Of a stretch of DNA of 64,000 bases, positions 51,266 through 60,782 are shown one piece after another (positions within the stretch are counted from its first letter, which is position 1; the number at the start of each line of letters is the position of its first letter). The notes beneath the pieces are model-generated. The model ran no database searches. It saw nothing but the letters and a program-made list of their open reading frames with translations, and had not been told where the DNA came from. This DNA comes from a virus. The stretch covers positions 14,527 through 78,526 of IMG/VR virus record IMGVR_UViG_3300005338_000001. One strand, written 5' to 3'. The position numbers and the translations under genes were made by a program.

Positions 51266-51819
51266 GCCGACAGAAACGCGAGGAGATCGCTGACTCGCGC
51301 CAACCAGCCTTTTCCGTACCGCGGAAACTGTCGCAGATGCCGGTAGTATTGCTCGCGTGCATCCAGCATCCGGTTTGGCGCGTCGGCGTCGGCTGACTGT
51401 GCCGCCGCGAGAGTCGCGGGACCAACGCTTCCGTCGGGCATCGCCAGTACTGCTGATTGCAACATCTTGGCGCTCGGTTGCTCGCCCATGTTCACCACGC
51501 CGTCGAAGTGACAGATCGCCAGCTTCTCCGGCAGTGCATCGCCATGCGCCCGCATCCATTCGTCGGCATGATAACTCGCCACCGCCTGTTCCAGTGTCAG
51601 GTTTTCGATGTCGAGATTTGGATGCGCAGCTTTGTCGATTCCGTATTTTGTCGTGCCTCCTGGATCGTTCGGGTCGTGCTCAGTCTTTACAGTTCCGTCC
51701 GCATGATACTCGTTCTCATGTGCGAGGCAGAAGAGGATGGCTTTCTGGAAGGCCGGCGAGAATGGCACGATGGATTCTGCCCATCCCGGCAGCGATTGGA
51801 CGCGCTGGTAATCGTTCAC
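51262..51819 (-). CDS. Endolysin, GH108 lysozyme with PG-binding domain
   Basis: HENEY, DPNDPGGTTKYGI, FDGVVNMG, DGSVGPATL, KGWLARV. Confidence 0.9.
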   Translation of the reverse strand: MNDYQRVQSLPGWAESIVPFSPAFQKAILFCLAHENEYHADGTVKTEHDPNDPGGTTKYGIDKAAHPNLDIENLTLEQAVASYHADEWMRAHGDALPEKLAICHFDGVVNMGEQPSAKMLQSAVLAMPDGSVGPATLAAAQSADADAPNRMLDAREQYYRHLRQFPRYGKGWLARVSDLLAFLSA

Positions 51820-51980
51820 AGCCCCGCCTTTCTCTCAGCCTTGGTGAGTTCAGCATCAAGGATGCGCTTGCCGTCCGCCAGCGCGCGGTTTTCCAGTGAG
51901 GTCAGGGCTTGGCTGCCGGTCGTGCAAAGCGCGAGACAGCATGGGGTGATGGCGAGGAGGAGAATGCGCAGGATTTTCAT
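51816..51980 (-). CDS. Small secreted/lipoprotein-like lysis accessory (54 aa)
   Basis: MKILRILLLAITPCCLALC...; signal peptide with Cys. Confidence 0.5.
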   Translation of the reverse strand: MKILRILLLAITPCCLALCTTGSQALTSLENRALADGKRILDAELTKAERKAGL

Positions 51981-51992
51981 GGGTAGAGTGTG

Positions 51993-52271
51993 TCACTTCC
52001 GGTCGGCCCTGTAAAGCTCATCCACATCCGGCACCGGCAGATTCGGATTCAGCTTCTGAAACGTCCGCCACGACGCGCGCTCGGCATTCAGCGACCACAT
52101 TTCCCGGCGCATGGTCGCGAAGTCGCTCTTCAGATCCCACCACGCGAACGCAATCGACACGATCAATCCGATGAACATGAAGACCTGCACGATGCTGAGG
52201 CTGATGCGCGTGCTGGGACTCAGGCTCGCGGGCCGAAACACGCCGTCGCCGACTGGTCGCTTAGGAGGCAC
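51993..52271 (-). CDS. Single-TM holin-like protein
   Basis: TM segment SIVQVFMFIGLIVSIAFAWW; upstream of the endolysin. Confidence 0.5.
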   Translation of the reverse strand: MPPKRPVGDGVFRPASLSPSTRISLSIVQVFMFIGLIVSIAFAWWDLKSDFATMRREMWSLNAERASWRTFQKLNPNLPVPDVDELYRADRK

Positions 52272-52680
52272 GGCTGCTCCTCAGGTACGCGGCGCGGTCG
52301 CACGCCTTGCGGATCGCGAACATGGCTGTAGCGGGATCTTCGATGAGGTCGTGGTAGAAAAGGTAGTCTTGCGCACCGCATTCCCGCATCGCCCGTGACC
52401 GAAGCACATCGGAGTCCGCCAGCGTGACGATCAGCACCGGGGGCCATTCGTTGGCGTTGGCCTTGAGGGTCGCCAGCGTCTTGAGATTGTCGGAGTCTGG
52501 CAACGTGAGGTCCAGCAGCACGGCATCGAAACGGCTCATGTCGGCTGCCAGCAGTTCCGCCAGTGTCCGCGCCCGCTCGATCTCCAGCGTCATCTTGGTG
52601 CGGTGCTGCGCGCCACAGAGCCGCATGGCTGCGCTGTCGGCCTGCTGATCGGAGTCTTCGACGTGGAGGAGGCGGCACAT
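52261..52680 (-). CDS. Stand-alone response-regulator receiver (REC) protein, atypical
   Basis: LLHVED, FDAVLLDLTLPDS, PVLIVT, GAQDYLFY (conserved Lys replaced by Tyr). Confidence 0.88.
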   Translation of the reverse strand: MCRLLHVEDSDQQADSAAMRLCGAQHRTKMTLEIERARTLAELLAADMSRFDAVLLDLTLPDSDNLKTLATLKANANEWPPVLIVTLADSDVLRSRAMRECGAQDYLFYHDLIEDPATAMFAIRKACDRAAYLRSSRAS

Positions 52681-52682
52681 GG

Positions 52683-53156
52683 TCAGTGTTTGTAGAACGC
52701 GATGGCCAGCGCCGCAATGGCGAGGATGTATCCGATGAGTTCGCGGATGCCGTTGCCGCTGCCGTCCTTCACCGATACCCGAACCGTCAGGGCGGCGATC
52801 TTGTCGTCGCTGGTCTTGGCGTGGCTTTCCATTAGAGCGCGCATCGCATCGATCTGCTTGGTAAAACTCTCCTCACTCTTGGCCGCAGCTTCCTTTTGCG
52901 CCATCAGCGCGGCGTCCACCTTCTCCTTGGTGTCGGCCTTTTGCTCAAGCCTCACACGCTCGGTAATTGCGAAATGCTCTCTTATCCTGTCAAACTTTTC
53001 TTCCTTGAGTTTGTTGATCGCATTGATCTGGCAGGTGAACTCCGCCTTCACGCCGTTGATTTCTTGCACGCACAACTCACGCAATGCCGCAATCTCCCGA
53101 TGCAGCGCCTCAGTGGTCAGGATCGTCGGGTCGGGGACTGGCGTGTTGCTGCTCAT
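52683..53156 (-). CDS. Coiled-coil protein with a C-terminal TM helix (holin/lysis-associated)
   Basis: Heptad region followed by LIGYILAIAALAIAFY. Confidence 0.6.
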   Translation of the reverse strand: MSSNTPVPDPTILTTEALHREIAALRELCVQEINGVKAEFTCQINAINKLKEEKFDRIREHFAITERVRLEQKADTKEKVDAALMAQKEAAAKSEESFTKQIDAMRALMESHAKTSDDKIAALTVRVSVKDGSGNGIRELIGYILAIAALAIAFYKH

Positions 53157-53716
53157 GCAAGTCCTGCGGCTTTCTTTCGCTCGACGAGCGCCGCTTCCTC
53201 AGCCGCCAACTGCGCGGCAAGCTGCTCCTTGCGGCCCTGGTTGGCGGTTGCGACGAGCGACTGGCGCTTTGCCCGAAGTTCGTCCCATTGGGCGTTCAGC
53301 AGAGACTCGGCAACCTCCAGATCAAAGGCAGCAACGGCGATCTGCTGCGTGCGGGCAATCTGCGCGTCGCGCTCGGCGTTGGCGGCGGTGACTGCTTGCA
53401 CGGCTTCGGCGAGTTGCGATTCGAGTTGAGTGATGCGCTCTCGGTTCGTGGTGTTGATGAGTGCGGCGTCGGCCTTGATCGTTTCAAGCGCATTGTCGGT
53501 CTTCTCTTTTTCTGCCAGCGCGGCCTGTTGCGCCGCCGCATCCTTCGCTGCCAGCACTTCCGCAATGGCGGCATCGGCAGCATCAAAGATCGCGACGCGC
53601 TTGGCGGCGTCTTCCTCGCCACAGAACAGGTCGATGAGCCGCATGTCGGTGCCGCCATCGTCCGCGGTGAGGTGTGAGATGGACGGGTTGGTTGGATTGA
53701 TGAACTGGATTTTCAT
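53153..53716 (-). CDS. Coiled-coil hypothetical protein
   Basis: Ala/Glu/Gln-rich; ATGA-coupled. Confidence 0.6.
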   Translation of the reverse strand: MKIQFINPTNPSISHLTADDGGTDMRLIDLFCGEEDAAKRVAIFDAADAAIAEVLAAKDAAAQQAALAEKEKTDNALETIKADAALINTTNRERITQLESQLAEAVQAVTAANAERDAQIARTQQIAVAAFDLEVAESLLNAQWDELRAKRQSLVATANQGRKEQLAAQLAAEEAALVERKKAAGLA

Positions 53717-53723
53717 GGATGTT

Positions 53724-53933
53724 TTACGTTTGGATTCCTGCGGATTGCAAATTGCTGATAAGCTGTTCGAGCCGGTCCTGCAATGTCTGAACCGTCACGA
53801 GAGATACGGCGGCAGTCAGAAGCGCCGGCACTGCGAGTGTCGGGGCCGCGACGCTCAGTGAAGCTGATTTCTTCGCCGTGCCTGCAATGGAGGTTGTGGA
53901 GGCGGATGGGACTTGGGAGGGGAGGTAGCTCAT
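53724..53933 (-). CDS. Small virion-associated protein (69 aa)
   Basis: Follows the tail fibre; C-terminal LEQLISNLQSAGI. Confidence 0.5.
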   Translation of the reverse strand: MSYLPSQVPSASTTSIAGTAKKSASLSVAAPTLAVPALLTAAVSLVTVQTLQDRLEQLISNLQSAGIQT

Positions 53934-53938
53934 AGGTT

Positions 53939-56900
53939 TTAGATTACATTCCAGATCGCGCCGTCGTTGACGACAGTGATGGAGTCGCCTGCGTTCAGTG
54001 TGACGGACGCCACTGCCGAGGACGTAAAGATGTTCGAGCCGCCGCCCGTCACATCCACCGTCACGGCAGCAGCACCCTTGTTCTTGATGGTCTGACGGAC
54101 GCCAGTGTTGCCCGAAACTGCGAGCAACGAGATCGTGAACGCGACAGTTGCGTGGTTCCCCACCACGACATCATCTGTCGCCAACATGCTGTAGGTCGTA
54201 GTCTTAACCGATACCGAAACTTTGCGCCCACCGCTCGTGGCGAACACGCCGCCAGCGCTACCGTCCCCGAGACAAGCCGTGATGGTCGTAGTACTGATAG
54301 CGAACGCCGCACCACTGGACGTGTTGACTCCAAAGGCTAGCCGCGTGAAGGCCGTGGAGGCGTTGTTGCTGAGAACCAGCAGCCCGTCCACCGTGGGGCA
54401 CATGAGACGGACGTTCACGTTCCCGCCACCATCGGAAATGTAGAGCGTTCCGTTGACGTAGAAGTTAGTGCTGTCCACGCCGATTCCGGTAGAAACCCCA
54501 GCCGGTGCCCAGTAGCGCATCACCTTGTCGCGGAATCCTACACCGTCCGTCCAGAGGCGCAGGAACCGCACTGAGGCTGTGCCGACGCTGGAACTGAAGT
54601 CTCCATCCGTGGAGGTGAGGTCGCCAGAAACCGTGAGGTTGCCGCCCGACACAGCGAATCCACCAGTCGCCGACGCCACTGTGATGTTGGCCGATCCGTT
54701 AAACGACACACCGCCAATCGTGCGGGCATTCGCCAGAACTGTAGCGGCACCTGCGGTCAGACCGGATGCCGTGCCGGTCAGGTTCGTGGCAACGCCGCTT
54801 GAAGGTGTGCCGAGCGCGCCGCCGTTCACCACGAACGCGCCAGCGCTTCCGACAGCCACCTGAAGTGCCGTGGCGACACTGGTACCGAGTCCGCTGACGT
54901 TCGTGATGGCCGGCGTGATGGTGACGTTAGCGGCTGCCGTCACCAGCCCTTTGGCGTTCACCGTCCAGATGGTCGATTCGGTCGCGCTGCCGAAGCTGCC
55001 AACATTGCTGTTGACCGTCGCGAGCGTGGTGGCCCGGTTGGAGCTTGTCACGTCGCCAGTCAAGCTGCCGATGGTTGTGACGGTCGCGGCGTTTCCGCTA
55101 ATGTCTCCTGGGAACGTCGCGGACGGCCATTCAAAGTTCACCGTGCCGCTTGTGGTGAAGTTGCCGTTGCTGCCGGTGCCCCAGCCGCCGCTCACGTTTA
55201 CCGTAGCGGTGCTGGACTGCGCGATGTCCTTGTTCGCTGCGTTTGTAGTGATGCGACAGTTCTCGATGTTCACCGTTCCTTTGCTCGCTGTGATGCCGTC
55301 GATTGTCGCGGCAGACAGGTTCAAGTTGCAGCCTGAAAGCAGCAATGTCGCCGTGCTGCCAATACCAGTCGAGGGAATGGTCGTAGTGCCAGAGTTGCCG
55401 ACAAACTGCGCGCCGAAGATACGGATCGTCGCGCTGCCGCCCGTCACACTAAAGGGAGTGCCAGTGAAGCCTGCCGCGTCCAATTCACCGAGATAGAGAA
55501 ACGCGCTGGCGTTTCCGCCAAGTGGCGCGTCAACGAACAGCGCGGTATCGTTGGCAGTCGCCTCCATTTTGGGATGCCCAAGGACATAGAGCTTTCCGCC
55601 GCCTGCCTTGATACGCCCAAAGAGCTTCTGTGCGGTGACGTAAATTTTGTTCCCGCTGCCGCTGTTGGTTTCGATGCAGATCGTTGAAGTGGAACGAAAT
55701 ATTTTGCCCGAGAGCCACACAGCCCCAGAGGTGTCGGTACCGTGTCCATACACCACACCTTCTGTCGAATCTCCATTCGCCCATTCCTCGGCTGTAAACT
55801 CAGCATCTCCGGTTGCTGTCGTGTTGACATCCGAGTAGAAGGCGGACGACTTGCCGTAAACGTATTGTGCCTGTCCGCGCAGCTTTCCATTGCTCCACCA
55901 GATCGCATACACAATATCCGCTCCGGTCGCGGAGATATTACGCGCCTTGAGTGTCAGTTGCCCTCCTGCGACATTCACGGCTTCCATCGCCAAAGCCGGC
56001 GATCCAGAGTGCGTGAGCGTGATGTCCAGCGCCTCAATATTCACGACACTGGACGCATGGGTGACGTTCACGACGCCGAAGTTCGCCAGTCCGGTTGCTG
56101 AACTGGTAAGCACGAACGTGCCCTGTCCCGTCACGTTGCACGTTACCGACGCTCCCTTGTCGTCCAGAATGCCGACTGCCGATGCGTTCTGCGTCATCGT
56201 CACAGTCGCGCCTGCCTCGAAATGCCAGTTGACGCCGTTCTTGAGGATCGAATCCGTGACGGCGTAGCTACCGGGCCGCACAAAGATCGTGGTGCCGCTG
56301 ACCGCCGCCGCCTTCGCAGCCGCGAGCGTCAGGAACGAGGCATTGAAGGTGCCGGCATTCGTGTCGTTGCCGTTCACTGAATCCACCCACAGCATCTTAC
56401 CGGTTGCGATGCTGGTGATGCCGCCACTGCCGCCGTTCAACCACGCCCTGCGGTCGCTGTTGCTCGTAATGACGCCACCGGAAGCAACGACAAGGGCCAA
56501 CGGATAGTAGTTGCTGGTCCAGCCGCTCGTGTTCACCACAGCGACGCCACTGCCGTCCAGTTCGATGTAGTTGGTCGCGTTGGTGATTACGACACCGGGC
56601 TGTGCGGCGATCTCGCTGCCGCCGAGCTTGCCGCCGTTGATGTCCACCGTCAGGGCGGTGCCGGACGAAACAAAGAAGTCGTTCTGGGCTGCCAACGGGA
56701 CGGGCGTGACGCTGTCGCTGAGGATCGCTGTAGCGTCAACTGTCAGCTTTTTGCGCCGCGTCTTGTCGTAGGTTCCGCTGCCGACTGACTTCTCCCATTC
56801 CACTTCTATCGAAGCGTCGTAGCTGGTGATGCCTGCCGTGAACTTGGCCTTGAGTTCAGCCGTGTCCAGACTCAACGAATACGTGTATGGCGAGCCGTCT

Positions 56901-57112
56901 GCTGCGGGTCGCACCGGGATCGCTGAAGCGAGAATCGTCGTAGTGGGATTTTGCCAACTGTTGACGCCGATCAGGATGCCGGTGCCAGCAGGAAATCGAA
57001 ACGGAACCCTCTTGCGCATGAACGTAACCGTGCCAGTCAGCGTCGCGCACAGCGCGGGGGGCTGCTGCCCAAGGCTCAGCACAAACGATTCAACGTCAAT
57101 TTCCAAATTCAT
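53939..57112 (-). CDS. Tail fibre/spike with a beta-helix region (1057 aa)
   Basis: WVDSVNGNDTNAGTF, IFVRPGSY, G/S/T/A-rich repeats, ARTIGGVSFNGSANI. Confidence 0.85.
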   Translation of the reverse strand: MNLEIDVESFVLSLGQQPPALCATLTGTVTFMRKRVPFRFPAGTGILIGVNSWQNPTTTILASAIPVRPAADGSPYTYSLSLDTAELKAKFTAGITSYDASIEVEWEKSVGSGTYDKTRRKKLTVDATAILSDSVTPVPLAAQNDFFVSSGTALTVDINGGKLGGSEIAAQPGVVITNATNYIELDGSGVAVVNTSGWTSNYYPLALVVASGGVITSNSDRRAWLNGGSGGITSIATGKMLWVDSVNGNDTNAGTFNASFLTLAAAKAAAVSGTTIFVRPGSYAVTDSILKNGVNWHFEAGATVTMTQNASAVGILDDKGASVTCNVTGQGTFVLTSSATGLANFGVVNVTHASSVVNIEALDITLTHSGSPALAMEAVNVAGGQLTLKARNISATGADIVYAIWWSNGKLRGQAQYVYGKSSAFYSDVNTTATGDAEFTAEEWANGDSTEGVVYGHGTDTSGAVWLSGKIFRSTSTICIETNSGSGNKIYVTAQKLFGRIKAGGGKLYVLGHPKMEATANDTALFVDAPLGGNASAFLYLGELDAAGFTGTPFSVTGGSATIRIFGAQFVGNSGTTTIPSTGIGSTATLLLSGCNLNLSAATIDGITASKGTVNIENCRITTNAANKDIAQSSTATVNVSGGWGTGSNGNFTTSGTVNFEWPSATFPGDISGNAATVTTIGSLTGDVTSSNRATTLATVNSNVGSFGSATESTIWTVNAKGLVTAAANVTITPAITNVSGLGTSVATALQVAVGSAGAFVVNGGALGTPSSGVATNLTGTASGLTAGAATVLANARTIGGVSFNGSANITVASATGGFAVSGGNLTVSGDLTSTDGDFSSSVGTASVRFLRLWTDGVGFRDKVMRYWAPAGVSTGIGVDSTNFYVNGTLYISDGGGNVNVRLMCPTVDGLLVLSNNASTAFTRLAFGVNTSSGAAFAISTTTITACLGDGSAGGVFATSGGRKVSVSVKTTTYSMLATDDVVVGNHATVAFTISLLAVSGNTGVRQTIKNKGAAAVTVDVTGGGSNIFTSSAVASVTLNAGDSITVVNDGAIWNVI

Positions 57113-57160
57113 TCAGGGAAGGCTGTCCGAAATTGCGTCAGGACCAACATGAAAAGGTTC

Positions 57161-57189
57161 GGCGCGGCCACCCTGACGATGGCCGCGCC
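57161..57189 (-). terminator. Terminator after the capsid gene
   Basis: GGCGCGGCCA/TGGCCGCGCC stem with a T-run downstream on the minus strand. Confidence 0.55.
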
Positions 57190-57230
57190 TCCCCATTGTG
57201 AAGTGACCAGCCGGAGCTAGTCACAATGCT

Positions 57231-58511
57231 TTAGGCATATTGACAAATGCTGTACGGGGCCGAACCATTGCATCGGCTGTGGCGAATTACCGCGCCGTAC
57301 GCGGTGTAGCGGGGGATCGCACCGAGTTCAAAGATGCCGCGGAAAAATCCCATCCGACCGTCCTTGTTCAGATCGGTCAGGTAGCCACGCCAGCCCCATT
57401 CACCGCGGAATCCCACGGGCTTGAAGTCGGTGCCACCAGTGTTGCCGACAGCGCCGGGGAACGTCTCCTTGATGAGCGCCTTGTTGAAGATGATGCTGTC
57501 TTCTGCGGTGGCTTGTTCGTAGTCATCATTCTCGGTGGCCTCGAAGCCCACGTCGGTCGCGACGATCTTGTACGGCTCAACCTTGACCCACACGCTGCCG
57601 TTGTGGTTCCAGCGCGGCACCGTCATGTCGATCACGTGCTGAAAGCCGCGGATCGGGGCTTCCGTCACATTGATCGCCTTGAGGAGATCATCCACGCGAT
57701 CCCGGTTCCACCGCATGTCGTTGCGGGTCTCGGTCTCGCTCTTGATGCCCCAGCTTGTCTCGGGGCTGCACAGGAGCGCGTAAACCGAACTGCCGTTTTC
57801 TTGCGTCAGCGCGGTCGGGCCAGCCCCGGCTAGATCCAGCTTGACCTTCCATCGGTCGAGCAGTCCTTGCGTGAGGCGTCCCAGCACATTGGCCCCGGCG
57901 GTCTTGAGGGCCGCGTTGGCACCAGACATGTTGAATGTCTCGGCACCAGCAGCCCCGCCGGCATTGGTGCGGGTGATATTGCCGACCGGCGGGATGCAGA
58001 CCACGACCTTGTTGGCGCACCAGTAAACGAAGTCCCGGCGGAACTTCTCCGTCATGGTGAAGGTGGTGTTGAACTTCAGGTTGTTGACGATGGCCTCGAT
58101 CTGCATCGGGCCTTCAAACGCCGTGAAGAGGTCGGTCGCGCAGAGACGCTGGCTTTCCAGCGCGAACTGCTGCATCGTGAACGGCACCTTCTTGGTTCCC
58201 ATCTGGAGCATGATGACCGGAGGATCGCAGTTGTTCTGGTCGGTGCTTCCGAGGCCGGCAGAGCCGATGTCAGCGAAGCCTGCGGCGTCATATGCGGGGT
58301 TGGTGATGGTGCCGCCGTCCGTGTAGGTGACAGCCGGCAGGGTGCGGCCAAATGTGGTTATGGACGGGCTGTAGCCGATGCCGCCTGGGAATGCGCCCTC
58401 TTCGATGAGGGTGAGCCACGGCGAGGCGTAGAGGGTGCGCTGGAGGATTTCGTTCTGGAGATAGCGCCCCGACTCGCGGAGCATGAAGTCTGGAATGTTT
58501 GTGACGGCCAT
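57231..58511 (-). CDS. Major capsid protein (426 aa)
   Basis: Size, strongly biased codon usage, own leader and terminator, and position ahead of the tail fibre. No diagnostic motif checked. Confidence 0.75.
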   Translation of the reverse strand: MAVTNIPDFMLRESGRYLQNEILQRTLYASPWLTLIEEGAFPGGIGYSPSITTFGRTLPAVTYTDGGTITNPAYDAAGFADIGSAGLGSTDQNNCDPPVIMLQMGTKKVPFTMQQFALESQRLCATDLFTAFEGPMQIEAIVNNLKFNTTFTMTEKFRRDFVYWCANKVVVCIPPVGNITRTNAGGAAGAETFNMSGANAALKTAGANVLGRLTQGLLDRWKVKLDLAGAGPTALTQENGSSVYALLCSPETSWGIKSETETRNDMRWNRDRVDDLLKAINVTEAPIRGFQHVIDMTVPRWNHNGSVWVKVEPYKIVATDVGFEATENDDYEQATAEDSIIFNKALIKETFPGAVGNTGGTDFKPVGFRGEWGWRGYLTDLNKDGRMGFFRGIFELGAIPRYTAYGAVIRHSRCNGSAPYSICQYA

Positions 58512-58519
58512 TGAAGTGT

Positions 58520-58720
58520 GTGGAAATGGCAGTGCGGGCAGCTAGATACCGTCCCTCACCGCCGGGTGAGTTGATGTGGACTGTAGCTTCCAAAGGCCAC
58601 CGCGATGCGGTCCCCTTGGAGCAGATTTCTAGCTGCGAGTTCTCGGCCTCGCGCGAGCCGTTGCCAGTTAAACAGACTGTCGACGTGGGATGCTGTTACC
58701 TCAGCCTTGAGGAAGCGTCA
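58520..58720 (-). promoter_or_regulatory. Promoter and multi-branched structured leader of the capsid gene
   Basis: TTGACG-N17-TAACAG; stems GCAGCTAGA/TCTAGCTGC, ACCGC/GCGGT, CTCACC/GGTGAG. Confidence 0.55.
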
Positions 58721-58933
58721 AGGAATTATTTTCAGCCGTTCAAACTCGTTCCAATCACGCTGGAACTTTTGTTGAATCGCCCACTGCGTCACTTGCTCCA
58801 AGTGGGCTTTGTACACCTGGAATTCAGCTTCGCCGGATAGCGCGAACTGGAATCCTTCGCCGCGCACTGTCTCGCGCAGCCCCATCACGAATCCGGTGAG
58901 TGCGCCAAGGAATGTACGGCGCGTGAGGTTCAT
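58718..58933 (-). CDS. Small protein with a twin-arginine-like N-terminus
   Basis: MNLTRRTFLGALTG. Confidence 0.55.
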   Translation of the reverse strand: MNLTRRTFLGALTGFVMGLRETVRGEGFQFALSGEAEFQVYKAHLEQVTQWAIQQKFQRDWNEFERLKIIP

Positions 58934-59787
58934 GCGATGAAATACTTCATCCGAGCCCGTCCCTCAATGATGCTGTTCTGTTGCTCCCGAATCGGACACG
59001 TCTCCTGCACCGTGGGGGCACCGACGCCGGCAGCGCACCAGAACGGCGCTGACTGATTGCAAAGCACCTGTGGCGATCCCGCCATCATGCGCGTCAGCAC
59101 CAGCAAGTCCGATGTCTGCGCGTGCTCGATGCGGCGACCGATGGCGATTTGAAAAACCTCGTGCTCAGATGGTAGGCCGACGAACACCGCGCCCGTGTAG
59201 TGCCGCGAATAGTCCGGCCACGGAAATCTCGGGTTGTGATACCGCGGCGACCGCGCAAAGATCACCGGCGACGGAATCGCTTCCACCGTCAGCCAAGGCT
59301 CCAAGCTGACGCCGCTGATGCCGAGGTGTCGCGCCTGCCAGTTCGCGATGTTCTCTCCGACTATCGGTTTCGTGTGCCGAAAAGTGCTGAAGTCGATGCA
59401 ACCTTTCGGCCTCTCACCCCAACTGACACTCGCGACGTACGGCTGCGCGGCCAACAGCGGACGGATCGCCTCGTAGCGCGCCCCCTGCATGGACTCGCGG
59501 CAGAAACCGGGCTGTCCGGTGCCGACTTCCGTTGGTGCGCCGATGACAATGTGGCCGCCGCCGAGGTGTCGGATGACGGGCAGAGCGGCCACTAGATCCC
59601 CGAGATCGCCTGTGTGGTAAAAGACCGCTTCTACCGCGCGCTTCACTGGAGTCTCCATGACCGGCAGCTCTGCCGCGGTGACGGGGCGCTGTTTCGCGGC
59701 TCGTGCGGCGCGTGCCTTCGCGAGTCCGGCCAGCACTGCGGGCGTGACGGCGTGGGTGCGTTTCTTGGCTTGCGTCGGGGTGCTCAT
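58930..59787 (-). CDS. GT9 (heptosyltransferase-like, GT-B) glycosyltransferase
   Basis: HTGDLGDLVAALPVI, LLAAQPYV, FVGLPSE, CNQSAP. Confidence 0.7.
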   Translation of the reverse strand: MSTPTQAKKRTHAVTPAVLAGLAKARAARAAKQRPVTAAELPVMETPVKRAVEAVFYHTGDLGDLVAALPVIRHLGGGHIVIGAPTEVGTGQPGFCRESMQGARYEAIRPLLAAQPYVASVSWGERPKGCIDFSTFRHTKPIVGENIANWQARHLGISGVSLEPWLTVEAIPSPVIFARSPRYHNPRFPWPDYSRHYTGAVFVGLPSEHEVFQIAIGRRIEHAQTSDLLVLTRMMAGSPQVLCNQSAPFWCAAGVGAPTVQETCPIREQQNSIIEGRARMKYFIA

Positions 59788-59858
59788 GTGGTAGAAAAGA
59801 GCGCACCGGCAATCCGTAGAAGCGGCGTGCCGGTGCTAACAATCCACATGAAGAACCC

Positions 59859-60782
59859 ATGCAAATCGCTGATCAAAATACTACCGTAACCCACCCGCTC
59901 GTCAAAAACATTGCGGGCCAAACATTCGGATACCTCACCGCCATTCGGCGCGTCGGAACAGACATCCACAGAAACGCAGTTTGGGAATGCCGATGCGTCT
60001 GCGGCGCGCTCAAGAGCTTGAACGGCCTCGTTCTCCGACAAGGCAAAACGAAGTCTTGCGGATGCAAAATGGGAGAGATGTGCAGTGAGTCGAAGATCAC
60101 CGTTGACTTGATCGGCCAGAAATTCAATCGCCTGCTTGTGGTGCGCCGAGTTGGTCGAACGAATGCGAAAAACCGCGCCACCGTGTGGAATTGTCTCTGC
60201 GATTGTGGCGGCTTCGCTCTGGTAACGAGCACGAATCTGACAAGTGGAAACAGCCAAAGTTGCGGATGTCTTCAACGGGAACTTCTTTCCGCACGTCAAA
60301 CGGTTCACGGCCTCAATAGGCCGGGACGCCGCACCAGAATTTACAACATCTGGTGTGGAATTAAATCCCGTTGCGATTGTCCGACCAACGCTGCTTACCA
60401 TCACTACGGAGGGCGCGGGATCAAGCTGTGCCAAGGCTGGCGCGATGTGGTGCAATTTCGGGCCGACATGGGCGATCCCCCTGACTCTCTTTCGATTGAC
60501 AGGATCGACAACAACGGAAGCTATTCGTGCGGACATTGCTCGCAATGTCGATTCATGAGATGGACTGCAAATTGCCGATGGGCAACCGTTGCTGAACAGG
60601 CACGCAACAAGCGCACAAACCGTTTTTACACGCACAACGGACAGACGTGGTGTGTCCTTGATTGGGCGACCATCACTGGACTGTCCGCCAGTGCCATCGT
60701 CCACCGCATTGAGCGGCGAGGATGGACTGTTGAACAAGCGTTGTTTACTCCAGCACGACCGGGGAATCATGGGACTAAATGA
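59859..60782 (+). CDS. HNH homing endonuclease, antisense within the glycosylation operon
   Basis: Two GQxF...WxCxCxCG...SCGC repeats; YGGRGI, SIDRIDNNG, NCRWAT. Confidence 0.88.
   Translation: MQIADQNTTVTHPLVKNIAGQTFGYLTAIRRVGTDIHRNAVWECRCVCGALKSLNGLVLRQGKTKSCGCKMGEMCSESKITVDLIGQKFNRLLVVRRVGRTNAKNRATVWNCLCDCGGFALVTSTNLTSGNSQSCGCLQRELLSARQTVHGLNRPGRRTRIYNIWCGIKSRCDCPTNAAYHHYGGRGIKLCQGWRDVVQFRADMGDPPDSLSIDRIDNNGSYSCGHCSQCRFMRWTANCRWATVAEQARNKRTNRFYTHNGQTWCVLDWATITGLSASAIVHRIERRGWTVEQALFTPARPGNHGTK

Noticed and set aside
59859-60782. Group I intron hosting the HNH
   Set aside because: Both flanking genes are complete and there is no room for an intron core.
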